Source: an uncultured delta proteobacterium
GTDB taxonomy: Bacteria > Myxococcota > Kuafuiibacteriia > Kuafuiibacteriales > Kuafuiibacteriaceae
Assembly: GCA_963803435.1 (NCBI GenBank)
Contig: CAWDML010000003.1
Coordinates: forward strand, 96,001 to 160,000
Length of the DNA: 64,000 nt
Direction: 5' to 3'
Shown: positions 19,609 to 29,434 of the stretch, piece after piece
How positions within the stretch are numbered: the first letter of the stretch is position 1
Layout: each line of letters starts with the position of its first letter
The notes under the pieces: generated by a model
Seen by the model: only the letters and a program-made list of their open reading frames with translations
What the model was told of the DNA's origin: nothing
Database searches by the model: none
Position numbers and translations under genes: made by a program

Positions 19609-21229
19609 GGAAGAACGTGCTCCCGGCGCCGGGGCGGCTCTCGACCCAGAGTCGTCCGCCGTGGGCCTCGACGATCCCGCGCGCGATGAACAGGCCGAGC
19701 CCGGTGCCTCGGTGCTCGCGCCCCTTCCCGTGCCAGTAGAGCTCGAACACGCGCTCCACCTCCTCGTCGTCCATGCCGGGTCCCGTGTCGACCACGCTCA
19801 TCAGGAGCTGATCCTTCTCGATCTTCGCGCTGAGCGTCAGCTCGTCCCCCGCGCCGCAGAACTTGATGCCGTTGCCGAGCAGGTTCGATAGGACCTGGAG
19901 GAACCGGTCGTAGTCGCAGAGGGCCCGTACCTGGTTTCCTACGTCGAAGCTGCGCCGGATCCGGATCCCCTTCTCACGCGCCGCCGGCTCTTGCCCTTCG
20001 ACGGCTTCGACCAGGAGCGGTCTGACGGAGCGGAGCTCCCGGCGCAGCGACAGCTGCCCCGCCTGAATGCTCGACATGTCGAGGAGATCCGAGATCAAGC
20101 GATCCATCCGGTGGGCCGAGCGCTGGATCGCCTCGACCTGCTTCTTGGGGATCGGCTCCGACCGGATCCGCTCGTTCTTCAGGAGGAGCGCGGCGCCCAG
20201 ATCGATCGCGCCGAGCGGATTGCGGAGATCGTGGGAGACCACGGCCAGGATCCGATCGCGGACCTCGACCGCCTTCCGGCTCTCCTCGTAGAGGCGCGCG
20301 TTGTCGATGGCCGCCGCCGCCCGCCCGGCCAGCTCCTCGGCGAACTCCAGATCGGCCGGGGTGAAGCACCTTCCCGACTCCACGTTGGCCAGCACCAGCG
20401 CGCCGAACGCCACGTCGCGCGCGCGCAGCGGAACCACCAGGAGCGACTGCACCCGAAGTCGGATCAGGAGCTCGCGGTGCGGATCGTCGGCCGGATAGCG
20501 ATCGAGCCACCCCTCGTCCACGCGCTCCACCAGCAGGGGCCTCTCGGTACGGATGACCACCGGAACACCGCTCTGTCCGTCCATGCTCGCCGGATGTCGC
20601 CGCCGCATCTCGCGGATCGCGTCCGCCTTCTCTGGGTCCGCGTGCGCGACCGCGACGAAGTCGCCGAGTGTACCGTCCGGGCGCAGCACGTCGACCGCGC
20701 ACCAGTCGGCGAACTCCGGGACGACCATCTGGGAGACGTGATCGAGGGTCTCCTGATAGTCGAGCGACGAAGAGAGCAGCGTCCCTGCCTTCGCGAGGAA
20801 ACGCAGCCGCGCCTCGGTGGTCCGGAAGGCGTCGTCCGCAGAGCGACGCGTGCTCAGGAACGCGTCGACGGACGCGAGGATGGATCGATCGATCGCGCGA
20901 TTGAGTGCCTGATGTGGACCGTCGCCACCCCACATCTCGATGATCGTGTCTCGGAGGTAGGACAGCTCCTCGATGATGTCGCCCAGGGTATAGCGGTTCT
21001 CGAGGCGGTGTTGGGCGTGGTGCTCTGCGGAGGGGCGCTCCCACGCCATCTCGGCGCCCTTCGCGGCCGCCTCGACGTCATCGGCGATCCGTTCGAGGAG
21101 CGCCGGCAGGAAGTCGGTGAGTCGGTCGTGGGACAGCGCCCGCGCCGACGGCAAGGCTCGCACAGCCCTCTCCCAGCGCGCGAGGATCTCTGCGCGACGC
21201 TCGCGCAGAAAGGTGGAAAGGTCCCGCAT
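19547..21229 (-). CDS. GAF sensor histidine kinase with RsbRD_N-like N-terminus
   Basis: FLRERRAEILARW N-terminus; GAF (ADWCAVD); VSHDLRNPL; GTGLGLFIA. Confidence 0.88.
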   Translation of the reverse strand: MRDLSTFLRERRAEILARWERAVRALPSARALSHDRLTDFLPALLERIADDVEAAAKGAEMAWERPSAEHHAQHRLENRYTLGDIIEELSYLRDTIIEMWGGDGPHQALNRAIDRSILASVDAFLSTRRSADDAFRTTEARLRFLAKAGTLLSSSLDYQETLDHVSQMVVPEFADWCAVDVLRPDGTLGDFVAVAHADPEKADAIREMRRRHPASMDGQSGVPVVIRTERPLLVERVDEGWLDRYPADDPHRELLIRLRVQSLLVVPLRARDVAFGALVLANVESGRCFTPADLEFAEELAGRAAAAIDNARLYEESRKAVEVRDRILAVVSHDLRNPLGAIDLGAALLLKNERIRSEPIPKKQVEAIQRSAHRMDRLISDLLDMSSIQAGQLSLRRELRSVRPLLVEAVEGQEPAAREKGIRIRRSFDVGNQVRALCDYDRFLQVLSNLLGNGIKFCGAGDELTLSAKIEKDQLLMSVVDTGPGMDDEEVERVFELYWHGKGREHRGTGLGLFIARGIVEAHGGRLWVESRPGAGSTFFLTLPLARSPSAEPSRREGSR

Positions 21230-21312
21230 GACCTCGCCGGGAATCGTGCACCCTGCGTGCCGGCGCGTGGTGGGTCGAGCCTCTCCCCAAGGAGCGTGTC
21301 GCTCCGCCGCGG

Positions 21313-21672
21313 TCAGCAGTATTTCGCGACGAGCTGGTAGAGCTTCTCCAGATCGATCGGTTTGGTCACAAAATCCGTCGCCCTCAGCGATCTCGCTTCT
21401 TCCTGAATGTCCGCGATCCCGGAAAGCAGCACGATCGGAACATCCGAGAGATCAGGATCCTTCAGGAGCTCCGAGCGGAGCTGCCATCCGTCCATCACCG
21501 GCATCATCAGGTCGAGGAGAATCATGCAGGGACGCCCCAGCTCGGCGAGGCGTTCCAGCGCCTCTTGCCCATTGGCGGCCGTGGTGACCTCGTGACCCCG
21601 GGCTTCGATCAAGAACGCGAGATCCTGTCTCAGGTCCACATCGTCTTCGACGATCAGTACGGAGGCTGTCAT
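21313..21672 (-). CDS. Single-domain CheY-like response regulator
   Basis: 119 aa; VLIVEDD, LLDLMMPVMDG, KP. Confidence 0.92.
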   Translation of the reverse strand: MTASVLIVEDDVDLRQDLAFLIEARGHEVTTAANGQEALERLAELGRPCMILLDLMMPVMDGWQLRSELLKDPDLSDVPIVLLSGIADIQEEARSLRATDFVTKPIDLEKLYQLVAKYC

Positions 21673-24098
21673 CGGTTTCGCTCTGGCAACACGACGGTGA
21701 AGGCGGTGCCGCGTCCAGGCTCCGAGTCTAGCAGGATGGATCCGCCCACGGAACTCGTCATCTCCCGAACCAACGTCAGACCCAACCCGACCCCGGCGAA
21801 GTGCTTGTTGCGCACCTGCTCACCTTGAACGAAGGGATCGAAGATGCGCGGCTGCAGGTCCCGCGGGATCCCTGGACCCGTGTCCGTGACGGTGATCCGA
21901 TGGGCTCCTCCGTCATACGAGAGCTGGACGCGGACGGCTCCCTCTTGCGTGAATTTGATGCCATTCCCGACCAGGTTGATCGCGATGAGGCGAAGGATCT
22001 CGGGATCGCTCTCGACCAGCGGAACCTCGTCCGCTTCGAGCGAGAGGGCGATCCCCTTCCGTTCGGCGATCGGGAGGGCTTCATCGATCACGTCCTGCAG
22101 CAGCACGCGGAGCTCGACGGGCTCGTGCCGGACCGCCGGTTTTCCTCCCTCGTACTCCGCGTAGTGGAGCAGGCCCTCGATCAGCCCCTGGAGACGTCCG
22201 GCGGACATCATCATTCGCCGGGTCAGATCGCGCTTCGGGAGCGGAAGGTCCTCGCCGAGGAGCATCCGCTCGAGCTGAAGCATGAGCGACGCGAGCGGCG
22301 TCCGGAGCTCGTGAGACACCATGCTGAGGAAGCTCGACTTGAGCTGGGAAGCCCGCTCTGCGTGCTCGCGTGCGATCCGCATCGAGGCGAGGGCGGTCTG
22401 GAGCTCGCGGCTCTTGAGCGCGATCTCCGACGCCAGCTGCTCCAGGTCCCTGGTCTGGGTATCGAGCTCCGCCTGGAGGATCGCCCGCACGCGCTTGGTG
22501 CCGATCAGGTTGGCGACTCGCGCCCGCAGCTCCCCGGCGGCGAACGGCTTCATCAGATAGTCCTGGGCGCCCTCCTCGAGCAACCGGACCCGCAGCTCGC
22601 CGTCCGCCTTGGCGGTGAGGAGCACGATCGGCGTCGTGTCCATCGAGCGCTCCTCGCGGAGCTTCCGCAGCACCACGTCTCCTGTCATTCCCGCCATCAT
22701 GATGTCGCTCAGCACCAGATCGGGCGCGAGCGCGAGGGCTTTTTCCACGCCGGTCGCGCCGTCCAGCGCGGACTCGGTCCGGAACGCGGGCTCGAGCGAC
22801 TCACAGACGAAGCGATTCATGTCGGTGTTGTCCTCGATGACCAGAACCAGCGGTCGGTCGTCGCCCTTCCTCTCCTTGGGTAGGTCGGCTCGCACGCGCA
22901 GATCCTCGAGGGCTTGGAGGGTCTCCTCGTCGACGTCCTTCGCCTCGAGCGTCACCGAGCGCGTGCTGACGCCCTCGGGCGCCGAGAGCGGGAGGACCAC
23001 CCGCAGCAGCGCACCGCCCTCGGGGGCCTCGTGGATCGACACGGACCCATGTTGGAGCTCCACCAGCTCCTTGACGATCGCGAGGCCCAGCCCCGTACCA
23101 CCGAACCCGCGGGCGGCGCTGCCGTCGACCTGGCGGAAGCGCTCGAACACGATCTTGCGATGCTCGGGCCGAATGCCCGGGCCGCTGTCGGCGACCTCGA
23201 GGACCAGGTGCGCGGGGGTCGGATCCCCGTCCAGCCGCAGCGTACAGCGCACGGTGCTGCCCTCCGTCGTGAACTTGAACGCGTTGGACAGCAGGTTCAG
23301 CAGGATTCGCCGGAGTTGATCGGGGTCGATGTCGGCGACCACCGACGGCCCCGGCTCGACGACGAAGCGCGTTCTCCTCTCGGCGGCCACGCCATCGAAG
23401 TTGGACGCCAGCACGCGCACCAGCTGAGTGACGTCGGTCCGCGCGTAGCGCGGCGCGACCTTGCCCGCCTCCAGCCGCGAGACGTCGAGCATGTCGTTGA
23501 CGTGCTTGAGCAGCGTCCGCGCATTACGCAGGATCAAGTCTGCGTCGTCGCGGACCTCCTGGCTCTCGTCGGAGCGGGCGAGGATGCGCTCGGCGGGTCC
23601 GCTGATCAGGGCGAGCGGTGTCCGAAGCTCGTGGCTGACATTGGCGAAGAACTGCGTCTTCAGCTCTTCGAGCTCCTTGGTCTTCTCGTAGAGCGTCCCG
23701 AGATCCGCGATCGCCGCCTCGAGCTCGATCCCGCGCTCGCGCATGGCCTTCGCCCCCCGGGAGAGCGCGAGCGCGCGCGGGATCAGGAAGGGCAGCATCA
23801 CCGCGGTGATGACGGAGGCGGCGGCGGTGACCGCCCGGGTCGCTGCGTCGATCCAGTAGATCGGATGCCAGATCTCGTACACGTCCATGAAATGCGTCAG
23901 GCCGCAGGTGACGATGAAGATGCCGAAGGCGAGGGCCATTCCCTTGAATGGAACGTATTGCCCGCGCCGAACCAGGTGGGCGAGCGTCGCGGAGATGGCG
24001 ACGTACGAGAGCCCGATCAGGCCGTTCGTGCCGACCTCCAGCCAGACGAGCGCGGGCTTCCACAGGTAGCAGTGCCCGTGCGGCATGAAGTCACCCAT
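21669..24098 (-). CDS. Hybrid kinase: ethylene-receptor-like 3-TM sensor + HisKA-HATPase-REC-HisKA-HATPase
   Basis: MPHGHCYLW...FGIFIVTCGLTHF sensor; two SHELRTPL H-boxes; central receiver (SDIMMAG). Start taken at ATG 24098. Confidence 0.85.
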   Translation of the reverse strand: MGDFMPHGHCYLWKPALVWLEVGTNGLIGLSYVAISATLAHLVRRGQYVPFKGMALAFGIFIVTCGLTHFMDVYEIWHPIYWIDAATRAVTAAASVITAVMLPFLIPRALALSRGAKAMRERGIELEAAIADLGTLYEKTKELEELKTQFFANVSHELRTPLALISGPAERILARSDESQEVRDDADLILRNARTLLKHVNDMLDVSRLEAGKVAPRYARTDVTQLVRVLASNFDGVAAERRTRFVVEPGPSVVADIDPDQLRRILLNLLSNAFKFTTEGSTVRCTLRLDGDPTPAHLVLEVADSGPGIRPEHRKIVFERFRQVDGSAARGFGGTGLGLAIVKELVELQHGSVSIHEAPEGGALLRVVLPLSAPEGVSTRSVTLEAKDVDEETLQALEDLRVRADLPKERKGDDRPLVLVIEDNTDMNRFVCESLEPAFRTESALDGATGVEKALALAPDLVLSDIMMAGMTGDVVLRKLREERSMDTTPIVLLTAKADGELRVRLLEEGAQDYLMKPFAAGELRARVANLIGTKRVRAILQAELDTQTRDLEQLASEIALKSRELQTALASMRIAREHAERASQLKSSFLSMVSHELRTPLASLMLQLERMLLGEDLPLPKRDLTRRMMMSAGRLQGLIEGLLHYAEYEGGKPAVRHEPVELRVLLQDVIDEALPIAERKGIALSLEADEVPLVESDPEILRLIAINLVGNGIKFTQEGAVRVQLSYDGGAHRITVTDTGPGIPRDLQPRIFDPFVQGEQVRNKHFAGVGLGLTLVREMTSSVGGSILLDSEPGRGTAFTVVLPERNR

Positions 24099-24216
24099 GG
24101 CCCCAATGAAAGCTCGATCGCCCTTTCGTGCAAGCGCAGTCCTCGGCGCGAGAGGGGGCGTTTTGCCTCGTCCGAAGGGCATATGCGTTGCACGGCTCAA
24201 ACGACGGAGGTGATCA

Positions 24217-24756
24217 ATGAGCAAATTCACGGAGGCGGCCTCGCGAGCCGTCGGCAAAGCGCGACAGGCCGCCGCCGCCCTTGCGGGCGAACGGGGAATC
24301 TTCAACCGCCTGAAGGGCGAGCACGAGGAGGTCTCGCTGCTGATGCATCGGTGCGCCTCGACCGACATCGGTGAGCGCGGCGCGCGCGAACGGCTGGAGC
24401 TCTACGAGCGGATCCGCGCCGAGCTGCTCGCCCATGCGACCGCCGAAGAGGAGGTCTTCTATTCGGCGCTGGAGCAGATCGCGGAGACCAAGGCGCTCGC
24501 CATCGAGTCACGCGAGCAGCACGATCACATCGAGCGGGTCCTGATGGAGCTCGACTCGCTCGCCGTCACCGAGCCCAAGTGGATGGAGCGGTTCTCCGTC
24601 TTGATGCTCGAGGTCGAAGCGCATGTCCAAAAGGAGGAAAAGCAGCTGTTCCCGCCCGCCGAGAAGATCGTCAGCAAGCATCAGGCGAAGACGCTCGACG
24701 AACGCTATGCCGCCCGGAAAGCGCGACACATGGCGAGCCTGTTCCCCGCAGCCTGA
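24217..24756 (+). CDS. Hemerythrin-domain protein
   Basis: EHEEV, HATAEEEVFY, QHDHIE, HVQKEE (HHE motifs). Confidence 0.88.
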   Translation: MSKFTEAASRAVGKARQAAAALAGERGIFNRLKGEHEEVSLLMHRCASTDIGERGARERLELYERIRAELLAHATAEEEVFYSALEQIAETKALAIESREQHDHIERVLMELDSLAVTEPKWMERFSVLMLEVEAHVQKEEKQLFPPAEKIVSKHQAKTLDERYAARKARHMASLFPAA

Positions 24757-24780
24757 GCGCCGGATGTGCCCGCGCTCGGC

Positions 24781-26763
24781 TCACCGGGGACGTTCTGCCT
24801 CTCTGGGGCGAGGGCCCTCGTGCGGTTGAGCCCGCCGGGGGAGGCGGATCGTGAACGTGGTCCCTGCGTCGCGGCTCGAGATCACCGAGACCGCACCTCC
24901 GTGCTGCACGGCGATGCTGCGCGTGATGAACAGGCCGAGCCCGAGCCCATGCGACGACGCGTCGCCGCGCTGAAGCGGGTCGAACACGGTCGGGATCAGG
25001 TCGCGCGGGATCACGCCGAGATTATGAACTTCCAGCACGATCTGCTCCGGTGCACTGCCGTCGATCGACACGTGGGCCCGCCCGTCGACGCCGTGGTGGA
25101 CGGCGTTCGAGAGCAGGTTCGACATCGCTTGCTCGAGCCGGGCGGCGTCCCAGAAGCCGGACGTATCGCCTCGAAGCGACAGGCTCACCTCGGTCCCCGC
25201 GAAGGCGCCCTGCGTCTCCTCGATCACCTCGCGGCAGATCGAGGAGAGGTCGCATTCGGACGGCTGCATCGGGAGGTCGCCGCCCAGCCGGATCTGCGTG
25301 AAGTCAAGCAGCTGCTCGATCATCCGGTACATACGATCGCCGCTCCTCGCGATCCGATCGATGATCCGGCCCTGCGACTCGGTCGGGCGCGAGCGGGCGA
25401 GTGCCTGCGAGCCCATCAGGATGGCGTTCAGCGGATTCCGGAGATCGTGCGCCAGCACGCCGATGAAGAGCTTGCTGGTCTCGACGGAGCGCTCGAGCTC
25501 GGCCACCAGCTGATCGCGGCGCTGCTCGAGGGCCCGCTGATCCGACATGTCGACGATGACGCCGACCGTCTGATCGTCGATGTGGGTGGTCGCGATGAGA
25601 ACCGGGATGCGGTGGCCGTCCCGATGCACGAGCTCCCGCTCGTACGGCTTGGTGTGTCCGTTGGTGTCGAGGGAGGGCCAGGTGATGCCATCCTTCAGGT
25701 CGCTGTGCTGGTAGCCGACGAGGCGCAGGAACGCGTCGTTCGCCTCCGAGATCCGTCCGGAGGGGTCGCCGATGAAGATCGCGACCACGCTCGACTCGAA
25801 TATCTTGCGGAACTTGAGCTCCGCGGCCCTGGCCTCGGTGACGTCGAGCGCCGTGATCACCGCCGACTCGACCCGGCCACGCTGGTCCATGACGGGCGCA
25901 CCCCCGACGATCAGCGCCCGTGGCGATCCGTCGGACCGCACATAGCGCAGCTCGCGGCTGGCCACCTTCTCTCCCTGGAGGACGCGCACGGAGGGGACAT
26001 CCGCGGTCTGGCTGGTCTTGGAGAGGAAGACCTTCGCGCCGTCGTTGCTCATCAGGACGTCGCCGTCGTGCCCGATCACCGCGACGCCCACGGGCATCGT
26101 TCGGATCGCCGTCTCGAACAATCGGTGCTGGCGGTGCTCGCGCTCGACGATGCGTCGAAGCGTGACGACCAGCCAAGCGGCCAGGCTCAGCGCCAGGATC
26201 CCGCTGATGAGGAGCACGGTCAGCGTGCTGCGGGCGGCGCGTCGGGTCTCCTCGGTCGCCTTGAGGAAGCCCGCCTTTTTCGCGTCGGAGAGCGCTTCGA
26301 GCGCGGCGTTGAGGCGGTCGCGCGTGGGATCGAGATGCACCGCGAAGAGCGCCTCCGCGTCAGCCCCGGGCTGAGCCGCCTCCTCCTGGAGGTCCGCCCA
26401 GGCGCGCTGGTGCTCGCGCACCGCGGCTTCGACCTCCTCGAGCAGCTCGTTGTCGTGCGGGTCATGGGTGATGCGGTGCAGCTGGCTGAAGGTGTCCTCG
26501 AGCTCGGCCAGCCGGCGCTCGTACTCCGCGAGATAACGGCTCCGCTGGGTGATGAGGAAAGCGCGACGGATCGCCCCGAGGTGCTCGAGGAGAGCGCGCA
26601 GCCGCTCGGTCACTCGGAACTGCTGCCCGTGCTCTTCTACGAGGTGCTCGGTCTTCTGTGCGAGCTGATAGGTCGTGAGCACCGCTGTGGCGGTGGTGCC
26701 GGCGATGAGCACACTGAGCGCGACCAAGCCGAGGAGCGCCTTGCTGGGCATCGTCAGCCGCAT
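24781..26763 (-). CDS. Membrane PAS sensor histidine kinase (CHASE3/4HB-like periplasmic domain)
   Basis: Two TMs flanking a helical domain, two PAS-like segments, LAHDLRNPL, GLGLGLFI. Confidence 0.85.
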   Translation of the reverse strand: MRLTMPSKALLGLVALSVLIAGTTATAVLTTYQLAQKTEHLVEEHGQQFRVTERLRALLEHLGAIRRAFLITQRSRYLAEYERRLAELEDTFSQLHRITHDPHDNELLEEVEAAVREHQRAWADLQEEAAQPGADAEALFAVHLDPTRDRLNAALEALSDAKKAGFLKATEETRRAARSTLTVLLISGILALSLAAWLVVTLRRIVEREHRQHRLFETAIRTMPVGVAVIGHDGDVLMSNDGAKVFLSKTSQTADVPSVRVLQGEKVASRELRYVRSDGSPRALIVGGAPVMDQRGRVESAVITALDVTEARAAELKFRKIFESSVVAIFIGDPSGRISEANDAFLRLVGYQHSDLKDGITWPSLDTNGHTKPYERELVHRDGHRIPVLIATTHIDDQTVGVIVDMSDQRALEQRRDQLVAELERSVETSKLFIGVLAHDLRNPLNAILMGSQALARSRPTESQGRIIDRIARSGDRMYRMIEQLLDFTQIRLGGDLPMQPSECDLSSICREVIEETQGAFAGTEVSLSLRGDTSGFWDAARLEQAMSNLLSNAVHHGVDGRAHVSIDGSAPEQIVLEVHNLGVIPRDLIPTVFDPLQRGDASSHGLGLGLFITRSIAVQHGGAVSVISSRDAGTTFTIRLPRRAQPHEGPRPREAERPR

Positions 26764-27082
26764 CGAGGTACCGAGGAATCGAGCCTGGGCGATCTCTTCC
26801 TGCGAGTCGACCTGAAATCCTGGGCGTGCCCCGGGTCGGGGCGCTTCGCCTCACCCCCTCCGCCGGCGCGCCCGCTCTGCGTGTCAGCGCGCAACCTAGG
26901 TTGCATTCCCGATCCGTGCACGCCGTCGGGTGCAGGCCGGCCGCCGAGTCGGGGATGCCCGCCTGTACGAGAAGCCAGCTTACCGGCGCTAGGGTGGTCG
27001 AGTAGACTGCATCCGCGAGGCCGCGATGCTTTGACATGGAAATGCTGGATCCAGAGGGGGCTGGCTCCACGAAGAGGAGTCG

Positions 27083-29425
27083 ATGGGGGATCATAACGCG
27101 CAGTTCCGCGCGCTTTTGGAAGGGCTACCCAGTCCGGTGGTCGTCACCGAGCGCGACAGCGAGGTTGTCCTCTATGCGAACCAGCATGCCTCCGACGCGC
27201 TCGGCATCCCGCTCGACTCGCTCGTAGGCTGCCGCGCGCCGGAGTTGTTTCTCGATCTCGACGATCGCGCCGCGTTTCGGGCCGCGATCGCCCAGGGGAA
27301 TCTCGTCCGGGATCGGGAGGTCTGCCTGCGCGGCCCGAGCGACCGGCCCTTCTGGGCGCTTCTCTCGATGGAGCCGATCGACCTGGACGGACGCTCCGCG
27401 CTCTGCACGGCCTTCATCGACGTCAGCAGCGCGCGCCGGTCCCGCGAGTTCGTCGAGAACATCGTGGCGACTGTCCGGGCCCCGCTCCTGGTGCTCGATC
27501 ATGCGGCGAAGATCATCGCGGTGAACCGCGCCTACCTGATGGCGTTTTCGGTCACCGAGCACGAGGTCATCGGCCGGAGCCTGTTCGATCTGATGGACGG
27601 CGCTCTCGATCTGGCGGAAGTCCGGAGCGTGATCAGGGACGGAGGCGGCACCGTCGATCTCGAGATCACGGCGGAGCTCCCCTTCCGAGGACATTGCACG
27701 TTTCTCGTGAACGCACGCCGATTGCTGCGACCCGGCACCCACAGGGAGTCGGTGCTGGTGTCGCTGGAGGACTCGACGGATCGCAAGCGGTCGATCGACG
27801 AGCTCCTCCACGCCAAGGTGCTCGCCGAGCGCCGCTTCGCGGTTCGCACCGAGCGCCTCGCAGAGATCGAGCGGCGGCTCTCCGCGTTCACCTCGAACCT
27901 GCCCGGAATCGCGTATCGCTGCGTCAACGACGCCTCGTGGACCATGAAGTTCGTCAGCCCGGGTTGCCAGGAGCTGCTCGGGTATGCGCCGGCCGATCTG
28001 ATCGATAACCGGGTCGTCGCCTATGCCGATCTGATTCACCCCGACGATCGCGGACTGGTGTTCGCCAGCACCCAGGCTGGGCTCGCCGATCGAGGCCGTT
28101 TCCAGCGGGAGTATCGGGTCTTCGCGAAGGACCGCGAGGAGAAGTGGGTCTGGGAGCAGGGCGCCGGCGTGTTCGACCCCGAGGGGCGACTGATCGCCAT
28201 CGAAGGGATCATCACGGACATCTCGGCGCGCAAGCGGGCCGAGCAAGAGCGCGAGAGCCTCGAGCGCCAGATGCGGGCGGCGCAGCGGATGGAGGCCGTC
28301 GGACGGCTGGCCGGCGGGATCGCGCACGACTTCAACAACCTGCTCACGGTGATCCAGAGCTATGCGAACTTCCTGCTCGAATCGCTCCCGCGCGGCACCG
28401 CGCAGCCCTCCGACGTGCGCGTGATCCTGGACGCGTCCGAACGCGCCGCCCGGTTGACGAATCAGCTGCTGGCGTTCAGCCGCCGGCAGATCCAGGAGCT
28501 CGAGGTCGTCGACCTCAACGAGATCGTGACCTCGCTCGACACGATGTTCCGGCGGTTATTCGGCGAGGACATCGAGCTCTCGGTGTCGCTCGACCGCGCG
28601 CTCGGAAGAGTGAAGGCCGACGTCGGCCAGATCGAGCAGGTGCTGATGAACCTGGCGGTGAACGCGCGCGATGCGATGCCCAGGGGTGGCCGGCTGACCA
28701 TCGAGACGCAGAACGTGACCCTCGACGACGCCTACGTGGCCAAGAAGGCGAGCGGAGTGACGCCGGGCCGCTACGTGATGGTCTCGGTGACCGACTCCGG
28801 CGTGGGCATGGACGCGGAGACGCAGTCGCGGATCTTCGAGCCCTTCTTCACCACCAAGGCCAAGGACAAGGGCACCGGCCTCGGACTCTCCACCGTGTTC
28901 GGCATCGCCAAGCAGTCGGGAGGCCACATCTGGTGCTACAGCGAGGTCGGGCGGGGCTCCACGTTCAAGCTCTATCTTCCGCGGACCGACGCCCCCGCGA
29001 CCGGCGATCTCGAGGGGCCGAAGGTCCGTGAGGTCGTCGATGGCGATGCCACCATTTTGCTGGTGGAGGACGAAGCGCTCGTGCGGCGCGCTGCCGCCCG
29101 GATCCTCCGGCGCCGCGGCTTCGAGGTCCTCGAGGCGCAGAACGGAGAGGAGGCCCTCGAGGTCTGCCGGGCCCGCGGCCGCGACATCAGCCTCATGATC
29201 ACGGATATCGTGCTCCCGAAGATGGACGGCACCGAGCTCGCCCGCCGCGCTGGAATGCTGAACCCGGAGATGCGGGTGGTCTTCACGTCCGGGTACGCGG
29301 AGGCCGCCCTCGCCGGGGACGGGGTGCTGGGTGACGGGGCCTCCTTTCTCTCCAAACCGTTCACTCCCGAGAGCTTGCTGCACAAGATCCAGCTCGCACT
29401 GGAACGCGCCGCGCCGCGGCGTTAG
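27083..29425 (+). CDS. PAS-PAS-PAS hybrid histidine kinase with C-terminal receiver (CckA-like)
   Basis: GGIAHDFNNLL, NLAVNARDAM, GTGLGL, ILLVEDE...TDIVLP. Confidence 0.92.
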   Translation: MGDHNAQFRALLEGLPSPVVVTERDSEVVLYANQHASDALGIPLDSLVGCRAPELFLDLDDRAAFRAAIAQGNLVRDREVCLRGPSDRPFWALLSMEPIDLDGRSALCTAFIDVSSARRSREFVENIVATVRAPLLVLDHAAKIIAVNRAYLMAFSVTEHEVIGRSLFDLMDGALDLAEVRSVIRDGGGTVDLEITAELPFRGHCTFLVNARRLLRPGTHRESVLVSLEDSTDRKRSIDELLHAKVLAERRFAVRTERLAEIERRLSAFTSNLPGIAYRCVNDASWTMKFVSPGCQELLGYAPADLIDNRVVAYADLIHPDDRGLVFASTQAGLADRGRFQREYRVFAKDREEKWVWEQGAGVFDPEGRLIAIEGIITDISARKRAEQERESLERQMRAAQRMEAVGRLAGGIAHDFNNLLTVIQSYANFLLESLPRGTAQPSDVRVILDASERAARLTNQLLAFSRRQIQELEVVDLNEIVTSLDTMFRRLFGEDIELSVSLDRALGRVKADVGQIEQVLMNLAVNARDAMPRGGRLTIETQNVTLDDAYVAKKASGVTPGRYVMVSVTDSGVGMDAETQSRIFEPFFTTKAKDKGTGLGLSTVFGIAKQSGGHIWCYSEVGRGSTFKLYLPRTDAPATGDLEGPKVREVVDGDATILLVEDEALVRRAAARILRRRGFEVLEAQNGEEALEVCRARGRDISLMITDIVLPKMDGTELARRAGMLNPEMRVVFTSGYAEAALAGDGVLGDGASFLSKPFTPESLLHKIQLALERAAPRR

Positions 29426-29434
29426 CTTCCGCGC

